The translations under genes were made by a program, and so were the position numbers. A stretch of DNA of 63,872 nt, the filler included, from Lenisia limosa (taxonomy: Eukaryota; Protista; Breviatea): NCBI GenBank assembly GCA_001655205.1. It is 10 parts of 10 records of this genome, joined end to end, with 100 filler letters (N's around TTAATTAATTAA, not from the genome) between each part and the next. Parts side by side here need not be neighbours in the genome. Positions count along the whole stretch, not along the records: positions 22,214 to 29,177 come from LPNZ01008508.1; positions 29,278 to 40,063 come from LPNZ01009934.1; 8 more parts are not named here. The stretch is one strand, 5' to 3'. The notes under the pieces are model-generated. The model saw nothing but the letters and a program-made list of their open reading frames with translations, did not search any database and was not told the origin of the DNA. Shown here one piece after another: positions 22,975 through 35,488 of this stretch (position 1 is the stretch's first letter; each line of letters starts with the position of its first letter).

Positions 22975-24899
22975 TCAAGCATGTTTCTTGGTTTCATCTG
23001 CCCTGGCTGCTACGNNNNNNNNNNGGTGAAGAGACCCAATAATATTAACTGGTGGTTGTATTTCCATGTAAACCGAAGTAGTAAATTGATTCGACCATTT
23101 TAATGACTCAACAAACCTGATGACCGCAGAGCATTCCGTTAGAAGTATCAACACGAGAATTTCTCTTGACCCAGGCTTGATCAAAACAACGTGTTCAACC
23201 TGCTGAGTAAGTGAAGTATCTCAAAGCACTGATGTTTACTTGAATCCATGTAAAACTCTTTATAAGTCCTTCTGTGACCGGTCCAATAGACGCGGTTTTG
23301 GTGATACAATTAGCTACCGTCGAAGCAAAAGAAGAACTCAACTGGCTTTGTGATAGAAGTGCTCCTTTTTTACACAGCGCAAAAGATCCTTTGCAGTGTC
23401 TGAGTTGCGGTGTACCATGATGGAGGCAAATGAGGCGACGCCAAGCATAAAGCTCTTTTCACTGTCGGGGCCACCACTCAGGATCATCCTGCTGTCATGC
23501 TTTGGAAACTCTTTGGCTGACTGATGTGGCGAGTGCAACTTCACGGTGCGGAAGGTCACATGGCTGAGGGGAGTTGACTTGGTGGTGAATGTTGGGAAGG
23601 CAGGACCGGATTTATTAATAAAGGCAGATTTGAGAGGAGCTGTGAGATTGTCGGGCTGATACAGGGAAAGAAGGAAGCTGGAAGTGACATCCGTCTCGCG
23701 GTATGTGACCCCATGGTTGAAGACAGAGAGATTGATCAAACTTGGGTCATGGGTACCGTTCCTTCAACTGCTAGCATGGACTTCTCAAGAGTTGCAGGGC
23801 TGACACGATGCAATGCATTGCTGAGCATCTCTGTCAGCATATGATCTTTGAGGATACTGGAAGTGTTAAAACAAAACTGTTTTTTTTTCAACAAAATGTC
23901 ACAGATAATATGATGAGAGAAATAAAACACGCTCACAGGAAAGGGTTTAATTGTTCTTCCATTCGGAGATCTTTCGCCTCATCTCAGCATTCACTACAGT
24001 GTGGTGGAATTGGTCACCAACCTACGTAAGTATTAAAAAGAAAACAGTAAAATAAGATGGTACAATATTAAACCATCAAACTTGGAGGAAGTGGGAGGTA
24101 AAGGGAGGCTCAATCAATCACAATTTTCAGCCACAGTGCCAGGTAGCACACGCTGTGGACCTGAGGAGTTCTTTCAAACAAATGACAATTGGCGTAAGAT
24201 AATCATTCAAAAAATATTCCTAAATGTCTTACCTCGGCGTAGATGTGGACTTTTGCATCCAGAACCACCAGCTTGTGGTTCTCTGTCGAGGCGTTGCCAA
24301 ATTTAGCGAACTGAAAGAGATGGTTTATCACCGACATTGTAGAGTTAAAGGAGCTCTTGTTTACACCAAGGCAAAATACGTTATTTTCTTGGGCTTTAGA
24401 GACCATGGTTGGGGATGGAGCGTAAAGCGTGGGGTGATGTGGTCTGGATTATCTGTATATACCACTTGGAGAGCAAAATAACAACAGTGAAAATCCCTCC
24501 ACAAACCTGTTTTGAAGTCTTGAAGACGTCTTTCGTCTTAGTCACAGCTGCTGGATCGATTTTAGGGCGCCCACATGATGGCTTGTACAAGACACTTTGA
24601 GGGTCTTTGGTGAAGCGGGCTTGTGCTTTTCTGAGATGTTCTCCAGAGAATACGACTGAAAAATTGCCATCGGTGTCAATACAGCGATAAGCATCGCGAG
24701 GGAGGGATTGCTCAATATATCTTGCAATCGATAACTTCAGAAGAATGTTGATCTCTCTGTGGTAGAGAAGTGATAGACCGTCAGTTTCAAGGGGCTTCAA
24801 AGGCTTATTTCCTCTTGACCAGCTCTTCAACTGTTTTTCTGTTGGCCCGTTAGTCTCCATTGGGACTTTGTTTTTCGTATTTCTCGAGCAAAATGACAA
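22975..24899 (-). CDS. Multi-exon hypothetical protein
   Basis: Long open minus-strand frames at 24396-24899 and 23338-23739, plus exons such as FAKFGNASTENHKLVVLDAKVHIYAE|GTAAGA. One apparent 1-nt frameshift in a T run near 23738. Confidence 0.5.
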
Positions 24900-25205
24900 A
24901 CTAAAAGGATAACGAGCTTGAAAAAATACTTTTTAAAAAGGGGGGGGGGAAGTGTATTTTTACTGGGCACATTTTTTAGAGATCACCCCTTGATCTTGTT
25001 TATTTAATTTGACAGAATATCATGACCGTCTTTTTTAACCCTACCAGACACCGAGGGAAATGTGTTAACAAGCTGCCGTAGAGCTTTTTTTTCAATAAAA
25101 CAAAGCCTGCGGTTATTGAGGAGGAGGAAGGAAAATATTACGAAATATACAATATATGCGTNNNNNNNNNNNNNNNNNNNNNNNNNNNNNNNNNNNNNNN
25201 NNNNN

Positions 25206-25341
25206 ATATTTTCACCAATACAACATGTCTCGAAAATTATTAAATTAAATAGCCAGAACTTTAGTGAGCATTAGCAGATCTAAATATTTCAACACCTATC
25301 AGCAAGAGGTAGTTTCGAATTTGAAATAAGGAAAAAGTCAT
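25206..25341. repeat. Dispersed repeat family E
   Basis: ATATTTTCACCAATACAACATGTCT...TTGAAATAAGGAAAAAGTCAT, near-collinear with 54571-54702. Confidence 0.8.
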
Positions 25342-25992
25342 GGAAAAGATTACTTTTCCTGTCCAAATTAACGTATTCATAGGTGGCTTTAATAATCCAA
25401 GCAAACGCAGAGGGAAGGCAAAGGAAGGCACTTAAAAAATTGCCAAAAGTTTATTGTTTTATAGGAGGAATACGTTTTGCTCTTCAAAGAAAACCCCTCA
25501 TACTATAGTAGAGAGATCGCATGCGTCTTTCCATAGTCGAAGGTCGACTGAGACGAACCAGACAGACCAACTCTCAGGCGCTTCTTTGTCTTGTTGGGAA
25601 AACTCACACCCCTCCCCTTTACCGTCACAATGATATTTTATTATTATCACAATTTTCAATAAACACTGAGATGTTCTTTCATGTTTTACATTATTTTTTT
25701 TTGTTTTATTTTTTTTTGTCACATTAGAACNNNNNNNNNNNNNNNNNNNNNNNNNNNNNNNNNNNNNNNNNNNNNNNNNNNNNNNNNNNGTGTGGCAATG
25801 TGCTGCCACCCTATTTCCATACTAAGAGCCACAAGTAGCGTCCTTGTTTTTTTTTTTTGTTTTTTTTTGTTGTTTTTTTGCATTCATTGAACATTGAAAA
25901 CACCATATTTTTGGATGATTTTTGACAACTCAGTCATTGGGGGGGAGCCATAATTACCAGTAATGACATTATTTATTGTTATTACTTTCTAG

Positions 25993-26166
25993 ATTTCTGC
26001 TTTCATGTTTGGTCGATCACCTTCCGATAATGAAATGGTTAAAGAAGTCAGGTGTATGGCAATTGTACCTCAGTGGGGAAATCATCAGTGTGTACACATG
26101 CCTCTGGAACTACCAAAACATGAATTAATTGCTGACCTGGAACCTTTAGGGTGGATTCATACCCAA
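25993..26166 (+). CDS. PRP8: Isolated exon encoding part of the Prp8 Jab1/MPN domain
   Basis: TAG|[58 protein letters not shown]|GTAGG; 58 codons, phase 0-0. No adjacent Prp8 exons found. Confidence 0.85.
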
Positions 26167-27054
26167 GTAGGTTTTTCAATTTACATATTATTTTGATTAA
26201 GCGGATATTATCTACTAGATACACAGTGCGCAGCGAAAATGTTGCGTCGTTTGTTTTTTCCAAAACTTTTCACTATTTTGGGGTTTTAAAAAAAGGATGG
26301 AGGGGGACCAACTAACTCCAAATACTCTCAGATTGCGTTTTCTCCCAAATATGACAGTTTTTGAACCATATGGTCACGAAGAATACATATATCACCAATA
26401 AATGGGAAAACGTAATTTGAGTTCAGAAATACATTTGGTCAGAGTGACCACCCAGCAAATCAAAAATTAAGGTGGTTCGGTAAGACACTTCGGGATATTT
26501 CCATAGGGTAATTTTTCGTATGAAACAGCGTCTGGTAGAAAAACGTGAAAATGCCCATTTTCCCGACTTCCGAGGTTGTTCCAATTTTAGACGTTTTTTG
26601 GATTCGTTTTTTTCACCTTTTTGGTTTAAACACGATATTTGAGAAATGTGAATAATTTAAGTCACTACCCAAAACCAACACGTCGATATTAGTATTGGCC
26701 TCATATAGCCTCGGTTAGGCACATTCCAGGCAATTTTCATCCATTTTTAGAATTTCCATGTCAGGCTGTTTTATAATAAAAAAAACTACCCACACTTTTA
26801 CTATTTTTTTTTCCAAGATCGAAAGAACTGAACCACCTTAATCATTTTAGACATTTACCAATAACCATCCATCCCCAAGAATGTCTAAGGAGATCATTCA
26901 GCCATTGAGAGAGGGTAAGATCTTGAAAAGGCTGATTTCCTCATCAAAACATGTCTTAGCCAAAAGATACGACCCAAAAGAAGGAAGAGAGTAGCAGGAG
27001 CCATATATTTAGCACCGCAAAATCTTAAGATCAGTTGATTTATGTTGTACACTT

Positions 27055-27122
27055 TGCTCAATTGAGCCTAATGATAGCAAGAAAACCTGCAACTTTAGAG
27101 AGCGTAGCCAATGATCACGAAA
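27055..27122. repeat. Dispersed repeat family F
   Basis: CTCAATTGAGCCTAATGATAGCAA..AACCTGCA..AGCGTAGCCAA.GATCACGA, shared with ~45551-45616 inside DDX6 intron 6. Confidence 0.75.
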
Positions 27123-28568
27123 AACAAGTAAATAGGGTAAACAGTTTACTTTCCGAGATCAGTTTTTCTGACGAAACCTAAACACCAACCTTTTTTTGGC
27201 TCTGCTTCACTTCATTGATGTAGGAAAAGTTTTGTATAAGGCGATTTTTGGCAATTTCTCTAAAAATATGTATAGAATATTATGATTGCTCATATTCCCT
27301 CGGCGCAGGTTCCTCGGGAAAATGGCCTCACAAAAAATATCTTCAATATGCATACCGTTTTGGTATTTTCGACAAGGTCCTTATAGCGAGTCTTGCGCCG
27401 AGTCTAAAATTTCATACAAAAGTCGCGTTGAGTTGAACAGGCTTTGCCTTTTTTTTTATTATTATTATTTTTTTGTGGCACTTGTCTTCTGTATGCACTG
27501 CACCGCACTATTCATCAATAGCTTCTCTATGAAGTCTGTGAAGACTTCATTGCCGATCTGAAATTAAACTTCTGAGCACCAGCAGTGCTAACTGCTCCAA
27601 AACTGCTTTTCTTCATGATATAACTTCTTCGGTAAAGTATGTTGGTAGGGCATCTTATTCCCATTATACATAACGCATGTTTTTTTTTTAAGCTCCCTTC
27701 AGGCCACTTTGGCCATTTTGAGAAACTGTCTATGGGTTTCCAGAACTCACAGACGCAGTTCAACCATACTGGCTTTGTAACATTAATTATTGCGGAGCGG
27801 TGGACGGACGCACTGCAGGGTTAAACACTTTTCTGACTGAAATCTCTCGTTACTTGACCGACAGAAGAGGTTTCCTTTCAGAAAAATCTGTCTTGACGGT
27901 CGGGCAAGTTCCCCCCTAACCCCTGAGCATCCACGCTGGACAAGTCAGCTTGAATTACCTAGACCTATAGGTGTTAGAACTCAGTTCTCGGAAGGAGATG
28001 GCCAATGGAGGATTTTTGTTGTAAAACAACAAAATCTTTTAAGCTGCGACAGGTCCATTTCTGGAGAAAATACGGTTTCAAAATTAAGCAAAACACAACT
28101 GAGATAGAGGGGTAAATAGTGAGAAAAAGAAAAAACAATGGTGAAAGGGGAATGAACTGACCTGTGAATTGAACTTTTCATTTCAAAAAACAATCTTCAA
28201 GGTTTTTTTAAAAAAAAAACATCTTGGTAAAATTATAGCGACTTTGGTTGATTTATTGAAATTAGATGGTGTTGAGTCCTTTTTTTATTTTGCAAAAAAA
28301 AAATGAAAAAATGGGAATAAAAAATCAATTGTGCGCTGTTCCAACTTGAGGAATTTAAATGACTATTGTACCAATGCACATGTGTGTGAATATATTATAT
28401 CATAATATAGATAAATATATATATATAAGTACCCCGGTCTGAATGCGATCACCAGTATGTATGCGAGCAGGAAGTTACATTATTTTTCCTATATCTTCAC
28501 TTTAAACACCAAAAATTTCAAAACAACTTATATTTAAACTTAGAAATACCAAAATACAATAGAAACAG

Positions 28569-29177
28569 TTATACAGTAACACGACGGCCACGTCCGCGTC
28601 CACGCCCACGTCCTCTTCCAGCAGGATGGATGGCTTCTCTCTCTACTACCTCGTTTTCCTTACGGGCCTTTTCTTGTTGGCGCTCCTTTGCTATCTCGGC
28701 GGCAACTTGGAGACGGCGCTTGTCGTACTCCTCAGCGGTCTCAACAATTTCGATGTTGGTGCAACGAGCTGTTGGGGAGAGGGTGGGATGGCAGAAATAT
28801 CTTCGGTAACAAATAGGCTTCTATAACAAGGAAGCAAAGAATGTGGCTTATGGAGAAGATGATCCGACATTTCCGCATCTGATAAGTTCTTCGAATGTTC
28901 GAGAAGAACAGCAGATTTGGTCACGTCGTTCTGGGCCGTGCCTTCCTTATAGGTACGGACAACTTTGAGAGTGGGAGAGTCATTGAGGACCGTGCTTTTC
29001 AAAGACTTGTGTTTCAATGGAGAGACGGGTTCGTCAAAGATGCCTCCAAAGACACCAGAACAGCAACAAAGTAGGACAGAAGGACGGATCTCAATCTTAG
29101 GTTCGTCTGAAGTGAGGGCATTCCCAAAGATACCAGCACGTTCAAAAGCGCTTTGAACGGAAAGAGGATCAAGGGCT
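28569..29177 (-). CDS. 3' part of a hypothetical protein with an RG-rich tail
   Basis: Open frames ..GIFGNALTSDEPKIEIRP..TLKVVRTYKEG.., TNIEIVETAEEYDKRRLQVAAE and HPAGRGRGRGRGRGRRVTV*. The frame junction near 28650 is unresolved. Confidence 0.45.
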
Positions 29178-29277
29178 NNNNNNNNNNNNNNNNNNNNNNN
29201 NNNNNNNNNNNNNNNNNNNNNTTAATTAATTAANNNNNNNNNNNNNNNNNNNNNNNNNNNNNNNNNNNNNNNNNNNN
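29178..29277. other. Artificial scaffold linker
   Basis: 44N + TTAATTAATTAA (29222-29233) + 44N. Confidence 0.98.
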
Positions 29278-29368
29278 TTGTGGGGGGGGAGGGGATTTGT
29301 ATTCTAATCCGTTTTGTTCACTATCGTATAATAAAAAGTCTTTTTGTATTGGTCTAACTGTTGATCAG

Positions 29369-30720
29369 GTACGAGAAGAAGAACAAAAAGTCACCCCCCG
29401 TTGAAGAGAAGGTGAGATCAAGGAGATGATAGTAATGATAGTTTACATCCTGTTTATGCTGTTTTTTTGGCCTGCTATCTTGGGTTTCCTACGAATCAAA
29501 ACCAAGTTTCCTCAAAAAAATATCAATATTTTCAGTCTTCTACTAGCGATTTTCTGTTTTTTTTTTTGTTTTTTTTCTTCCTAATAACATTTTTGCACTA
29601 CCCGGAGGGGAAGTACGCCGTACCTGAAATCTTACGGAGTAGAAAGAAGACGTGACAACCATGTCACCTCCAGCAACCGAAAGTCCTGCTAAGCTCAAGG
29701 CCACGGAGGAACTGAACCTCTTGGCTGCCATGATCAACCCCGTTCCTGTTAAAAAGGTGTGAGGAAACGAACAGGGGAAATCTGAAATAAATATGATACA
29801 GTATCGGGTTGAAAGCAGCATGAACAGATAATTTACTAAAATCATAAGCAGGATGTTTTTGGATACGATTCTCCCTTGCATTTCTCATTCTACATATTAC
29901 TATACACTCGGCTTCTGCCAGATACTACCTTATTTTATTTTTTTTCTCATTGCTATATCTATCCATATATACTCGTCCTTATGCAGCTTTTCTGTGTTAA
30001 TACATATTATATCGATTACATAATATTCTGTTGACAACCCTAGGGAGAGACGATGCACCTAGCCCTTTTCAACGAATCTGAAGACTCCACGGAAACCAGC
30101 ATTTTTGATACCTGCATTGTTTCTGCCGGCGGTGATGGTGGGTGCTCTGATTTTTTTTGAATATTATGAGGTCTGGGGGTTTATTTGAATATGCCGGGGA
30201 TATGGAANNNNNNNNNNNNNNNNNNNNNNNNNNNNNNNNNNNNNNNNNNNNNNNNNNNNNNNNNNNNNNNNNNNNNNNNNNNNNNNNNNNNNNNNNNNNN
30301 NNNNNNNNNNNNNNACCGCCCAGACGTCACCGCTTTGAACCCCCATCTCAAAAACGTCGCATCTACCTTCGAAGGTAATTGGGGTGGACTAAATGGGGTG
30401 GGGTAAATAAGCCTCATCTAAAGATGGGGTGTTTTGTTTTGGACTTTGTAATTATGCAATAGAAACAAAAAGACATTAAACTATCAATATAGTGTAATAG
30501 AGTGTTTAACATAATGTACAACATAATGTTCACATAATGTTCTTCAAACAAAATTTCAACATAATTTGCAACATTATATATCTTTCTTTATATTCATCAT
30601 AATGTTCAAACACTTTGTAAAAGTAATCAGCCTTTAATTGTTCTATATTTCTGGGCTCACCCTTCAGCTGATGACCAGCAAGAAGAAGACAGTAATGATA
30701 TTCTTGACATGCTCGATGAG
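29369..30720 (+). CDS. Partial multi-exon hypothetical protein
   Basis: GT-AG exons YEKKNKKSPPVEEK|KEDVTTMSPPATESPAKLKATEELNLLAAMINPVPVKK|GETMHLALFNES..|RPDVTALNPHLKNVASTFE|DDQQEEDSNDILDMLDE. Confidence 0.4.
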
Positions 30721-31236
30721 GTCGGTATATAACAATCTAAAGATCTGCTTACGTTCTATTTATTCTATTTATTTCCTTTCCTTCACCAAATAATGATCAA
30801 AAAGCGACAATTCAATTCGTATTTTTCAGAAACAGTCATAACCGTGGTGGAGTTTTAGAGATATTGGATTATTGGATTACGGTAACATTTGCGTATTTGT
30901 GTTACACATCTTTCTGCTTCCCTTTGAATACATATGTATATCCCCGTCCAAAACCGGTGCTTTTTGNNNNNNNNNNNNNNNNNNNNNNNNNNNNNNNNNN
31001 NNNNNNNNNNNNNNNNNNNNNNNNNNNNNNNNNNNNNNNNNNNNNNNNNNNNNNNNNNNNNNNNNNNNNNNNNNNNNNNNNNNNNNNNNNNNNNNNNNNN
31101 NNNCGGGGAAATAAACGTTCATCTTATTCGATCGAAATGGACTGATAAATTAACCTTTTATTTATGCATCATCAAAAACCTCCATTCCAAACCCCTGTTG
31201 AAATAGTCGATAAAAAGTCCATTAAAAACTCTGTTG

Positions 31237-34200
31237 TTAGACAACAACCGGCAAGTGACGAATATCGTCTAACACGGGACCAAAGTGGGCAATCGTCATG
31301 TCCTCCCTAAACACCGTCAACAGGTTGATATGATGGATATACCCACAGAAGCTCGGTTGTTCTAATTTCTCTTTCCCACATTCTCTCTCTCCGGAGTCGT
31401 TCCTCCTCTTCCATCATGAATGTCTGGAGAGTAAATTCAATTTGAGAGGATGGAGTAGATAATCTAGCTTATATAAAATGTAGTTACACCCAGATGCTCA
31501 TTATTGGCAATATTACCTATCTTTCATGCAATAACAATTTCATCATACTCCAGTAGAATTAATAGCCAGACATGTGACGTGACATCCATTCCTACCTCCC
31601 CTCTTATATTCCATTCCTACCTCCCCTCTCGAAGCATAGTTGTGAATTTGGTCCATTACGCTACAATGTCAGGAGATTAAAATTCAGGAATGTAGGTCAC
31701 AGTTAGAATGAATGAAAGCCTACTCCTGAAGCTTGCTTTGCTGTACGTGTTTAGCATGAAGGTCCAGCTCTCCCTCCAATTCATGCTCAGGTTGATGGAA
31801 ATGAAGACTGGTTTGTAAGACCCTTTCCATTCCATATCAGCTCAAATGAGACACAAGACCATGAGGTCACGCAATAATCCATCGTGTTTTTTGGAGTGCC
31901 CTCATCCACAATTGACACCCACTCCAATACCACAAAATACCCCCCCACTCCTCCAAAATATCGCTGGTAATTCTGCGACGTCGCTCCTTTTCCTCCATAT
32001 CACGGGTCTGTCAACTGTTAGTTCCAGTCTATTTCCCTTAAAAATATCATGACTTTCCCTTTCTAATATCAAGAATTTTTAACAGAGGGATAATACAACT
32101 GTTCCAAAGTCATGACAAATTATACAATTTTGCCAAAATTATTGTTCTGGTTATTTTCAACCAAATTAGCACAAGCGATAATAAGTGAATAGCCCTGGCT
32201 CACCAGCATTCTGTCAGACTCAGATAAGTGCCTGGCCATAGCTTTGTCGAGAAGAATATCCATCTGTCTCATCAATCGCGTCAAATGTATGTATAAGGTT
32301 CAATCTCATATTGTCAATTGTATCATATATGTAGGTCAATATCATCATTGGCTCAATCATAACAGTATCCTTCATGTCAACTCTATCAACGAACCATGTG
32401 ACCAATCACATCTAGGCATACGCCGCACAGTACAATAACTACACTCACTTTCATCATCATATTATGATTCCTATTGATGGGAATCCCATGGAATTTTATG
32501 GAAATTTGACGAAATATATGTGATTCCCATATAATATTAGAGAATCATCAGCGCACCTCAGGAATAGCATCACGGATGCGGTGTGTGGACGCAGACATTC
32601 CCTTCACAGGAATGTTTTGGCTGCTTTCAATGAATACCTAAAGCGGTGATTTTCACAATGAAATGAGGCAAATCAAATCTATGATGTGGGTGGAAGGTTA
32701 GCTACTCAATGGTAAGTCTTGATCAATAAATATAACATAGTACAACCTTCAGGAAAATTAGTCGCTTGAAACTATTCCTATTAATCACATTTACTAATAC
32801 TCCATATCATATCTGGTACACTACGGCATATCGACTTAGAATTCCCTTTGTAGCATTTGGTAATCCCATACATTTCTTCAAATTTCCATAAAATGACATG
32901 GGATTTTTGTAAAATATGGGAATTCCCAAGTTTTTCACAAGAATTCCAAGTCGATTAGTGTATTAAACTGAAACCTCCTGCATACCACAGGGGCCTTCGA
33001 CTTCAGTTCCTCATGTAACTCATGGAGGTACTTTCCAGGGTACTGTTCCTCACGACTGAGCTGAATAAATACCATTTGATGAAAAATATATTTCGATATA
33101 CAGCAATGAGAAACAAAATAAGGCTGTATCTGGCCGAAACTGTCTACACCATCACGCCTATAAGAGATATTGGATTATAGTACAGTATTAATTCACCAAG
33201 GTGAAAATATAGGTTACACACAACGAAAGCTAAGTAAATACAATTTGATGAAAATATATGTGTAGGGGTGGAGTGAGATGCTGGGAGAGGTTATATCAAT
33301 GAGTAAGTCAAACAACTGAAGACATTATTTCATATTCATTGGAATTAGGTGAAGTAATTACAATAATATTATTTTCATCACATTTGTACATATCTTAAGA
33401 CCAGTTACCCACTTATGAGGCCACGCAGCCCCAATTGGTAAGGTGTCGATTCGGTCCAATTGCTCGAAGTACTCCATTGCTCCAACCTGGACAGTCAAAT
33501 CAGTAGGGCTCGGTGTAATGAATTGAATAATTGCAAAATTTGAAGAGCGAATGTGTATACTAAATTTTAGATACTATATTTTCCACATATTAAATTGCAC
33601 AGAGCCCTACATATCAGCCTTGGGCACTTTGATGAGTCACCCAAGTGCATGTTTGTGATTGATAAATTGTATATTATAACATGAGCTTCCCTGCGGTCCG
33701 AAAAAGACCATTTCAAATATCGATAATTTTTGAAGATTTCTCGAGAAATTCAGTCTTTTTTCGAACCGAAGTGAAGCCCTACCCTTGATCCCCCCCACCT
33801 TGAGCCAGCCGGTGCGATGCAGGAGTTCACGATGGAGGGGCTCAAGGCGGTACTCGGCCCAACGCATGCGTCTTTCAAGCTCTTCTGCCTCCAACACAAC
33901 CTCCTTGTTATGACGCCTCTCAATGGTAGTCATCATACTGCGGTGTTAATTGATAAATGATAATGGTACAAGTGATTAATGGTTGTGCTGTTGTAGAAAA
34001 TTTTTTAAACGTGATAGCTATTCATGGTGTTGTAGAAATTTACCCGATATTACCGCTGTTATAACGGTGGCAGGTATTGTATAAGTACACAAACCAAAAC
34101 GAATTTACATTCACGATTATACAATACACCAATATTAATAGTCTCTAAAATCTAAAATAATCATGATTTGTACAGTAATTTTGTTAAGAGCAAAACATTA

Positions 34201-34524
34201 ACGAAGATCGGATACATGGAAAAACTCCATTTTTCAGAACAATCCCGGATGAACCAAAGTTTGTTACTGAAGCACCCTTCACTTAACAACCCCCCCATAT
34301 GTGTATTGAATGATTCAGAACTAATGGCTTTCCCGTCCAGAAAAAACTGAGTTTCTCGATAAACCCTCGAAAAGTATTGATACTCCACCAAACTACCCCC
34401 CTCCCCACTCGTCAAGTACGTCGTTTTTGATGCGACGTGTGCGCTCTCCTGCCTCCATGTCGTTGACCATGTTTTGGTTGGCCTCACGCTCATGAACGCG
34501 CAGGCACTCACCAAGGAGTGGTTC
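31237..34524 (-). CDS. Multi-exon coiled-coil hypothetical protein
   Basis: Exons EPLLGECLRVHERE..ERTRRIKNDVLD|MMTTIERRHNKEVVLEAEELERRMRWAEYRLEPLHRELLHRTGWLK|..LSREEQYPGKYLHELHEELKSKAPV|VFIESSQNIP..|MDILLDKAMARHLSESDRML|TRDMEEKERRRRITSDILEE|..TFMMEEEERLRREN; ends are uncertain. Confidence 0.5.
33683..33779. mobile_element. MITE family A copy
   Basis: GAGCTTCCCTGCGGTCCGAAAAAGACC...CAGTCTTTTTTCGAACCGAAGTGAAGCCC|TA. Confidence 0.75.
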
Positions 34525-35488
34525 CTGGAGGTTTAGAACTTCAATTTTGGTTTTAAATTAAATGATGCAAAAGAATATCACAATAAATCTCACAAGCGTA
34601 ATGAAACAATATAAATTATTAAAGGAGCACGTCAGATATTTCAACAACATAAAATGCCATAATATTCAGGAGCTATTGAATGCATTGATCAAAGAAAAGA
34701 ACAATATTTTGTCAAATCCCTATTCTAAAACGATTATCCACATTCTTCTCTTCCTTGCAAGGAATTATTTGTATATGACATGGAGGATTAACAGTGTTTG
34801 AAATTACACGGCTTTATGAATAACCGGGGAGTATTTATGTTGAGAACATGAAATAAATCAAAAGAAGCAAATACAATAATTAAAAAATAAGCTCAATAAA
34901 TAAAGCGAATGAACCTATTGCGATATTATACAGATTATCTTTCTGACCCACATAGATGTCGTCAAGTGATGGGTGGGAATCCTAAAGGTAAATAAACAGG
35001 AAAGTTGAATCACCTACCATTGTTAGGGTAGATTTGAAAAGAAGATAAGATCACTAAATGTAAAATCACGAATGTATTTGAAAACTTAATAGAATCAAAT
35101 GAATGATGATAGTTGCTCGTGAAAAAGGAGAGACCTGCCCGATTAGGCATGTTGTGTTACAATGACATTTGCCGTTTTTGGCAATCTCGATGAGAAATCA
35201 CATGTCCAAATGTTCCAAGATGTTATTGTTTCTTTAAGTTCCTTATTATTACGCAATATTACATCCTTGGTTCACCTTTTTTCAGCTTTTTGACATATCG
35301 GATAAAATACTACAGCGCCGCCGTAATTTCCCGAGTTTTGAGAGGAGAAAAAAATCGACCTTTTTGAACACTGTTCACACAGACTGTTGTGTAATAGTCT
35401 GTCTTTATTACCTGTACCTAGTACCGGTCTCTTGTTTTTTTTTTTGTTGCTTTCTTTTGAGCTCTCCGCTCTTACTTAGATTTTAACA

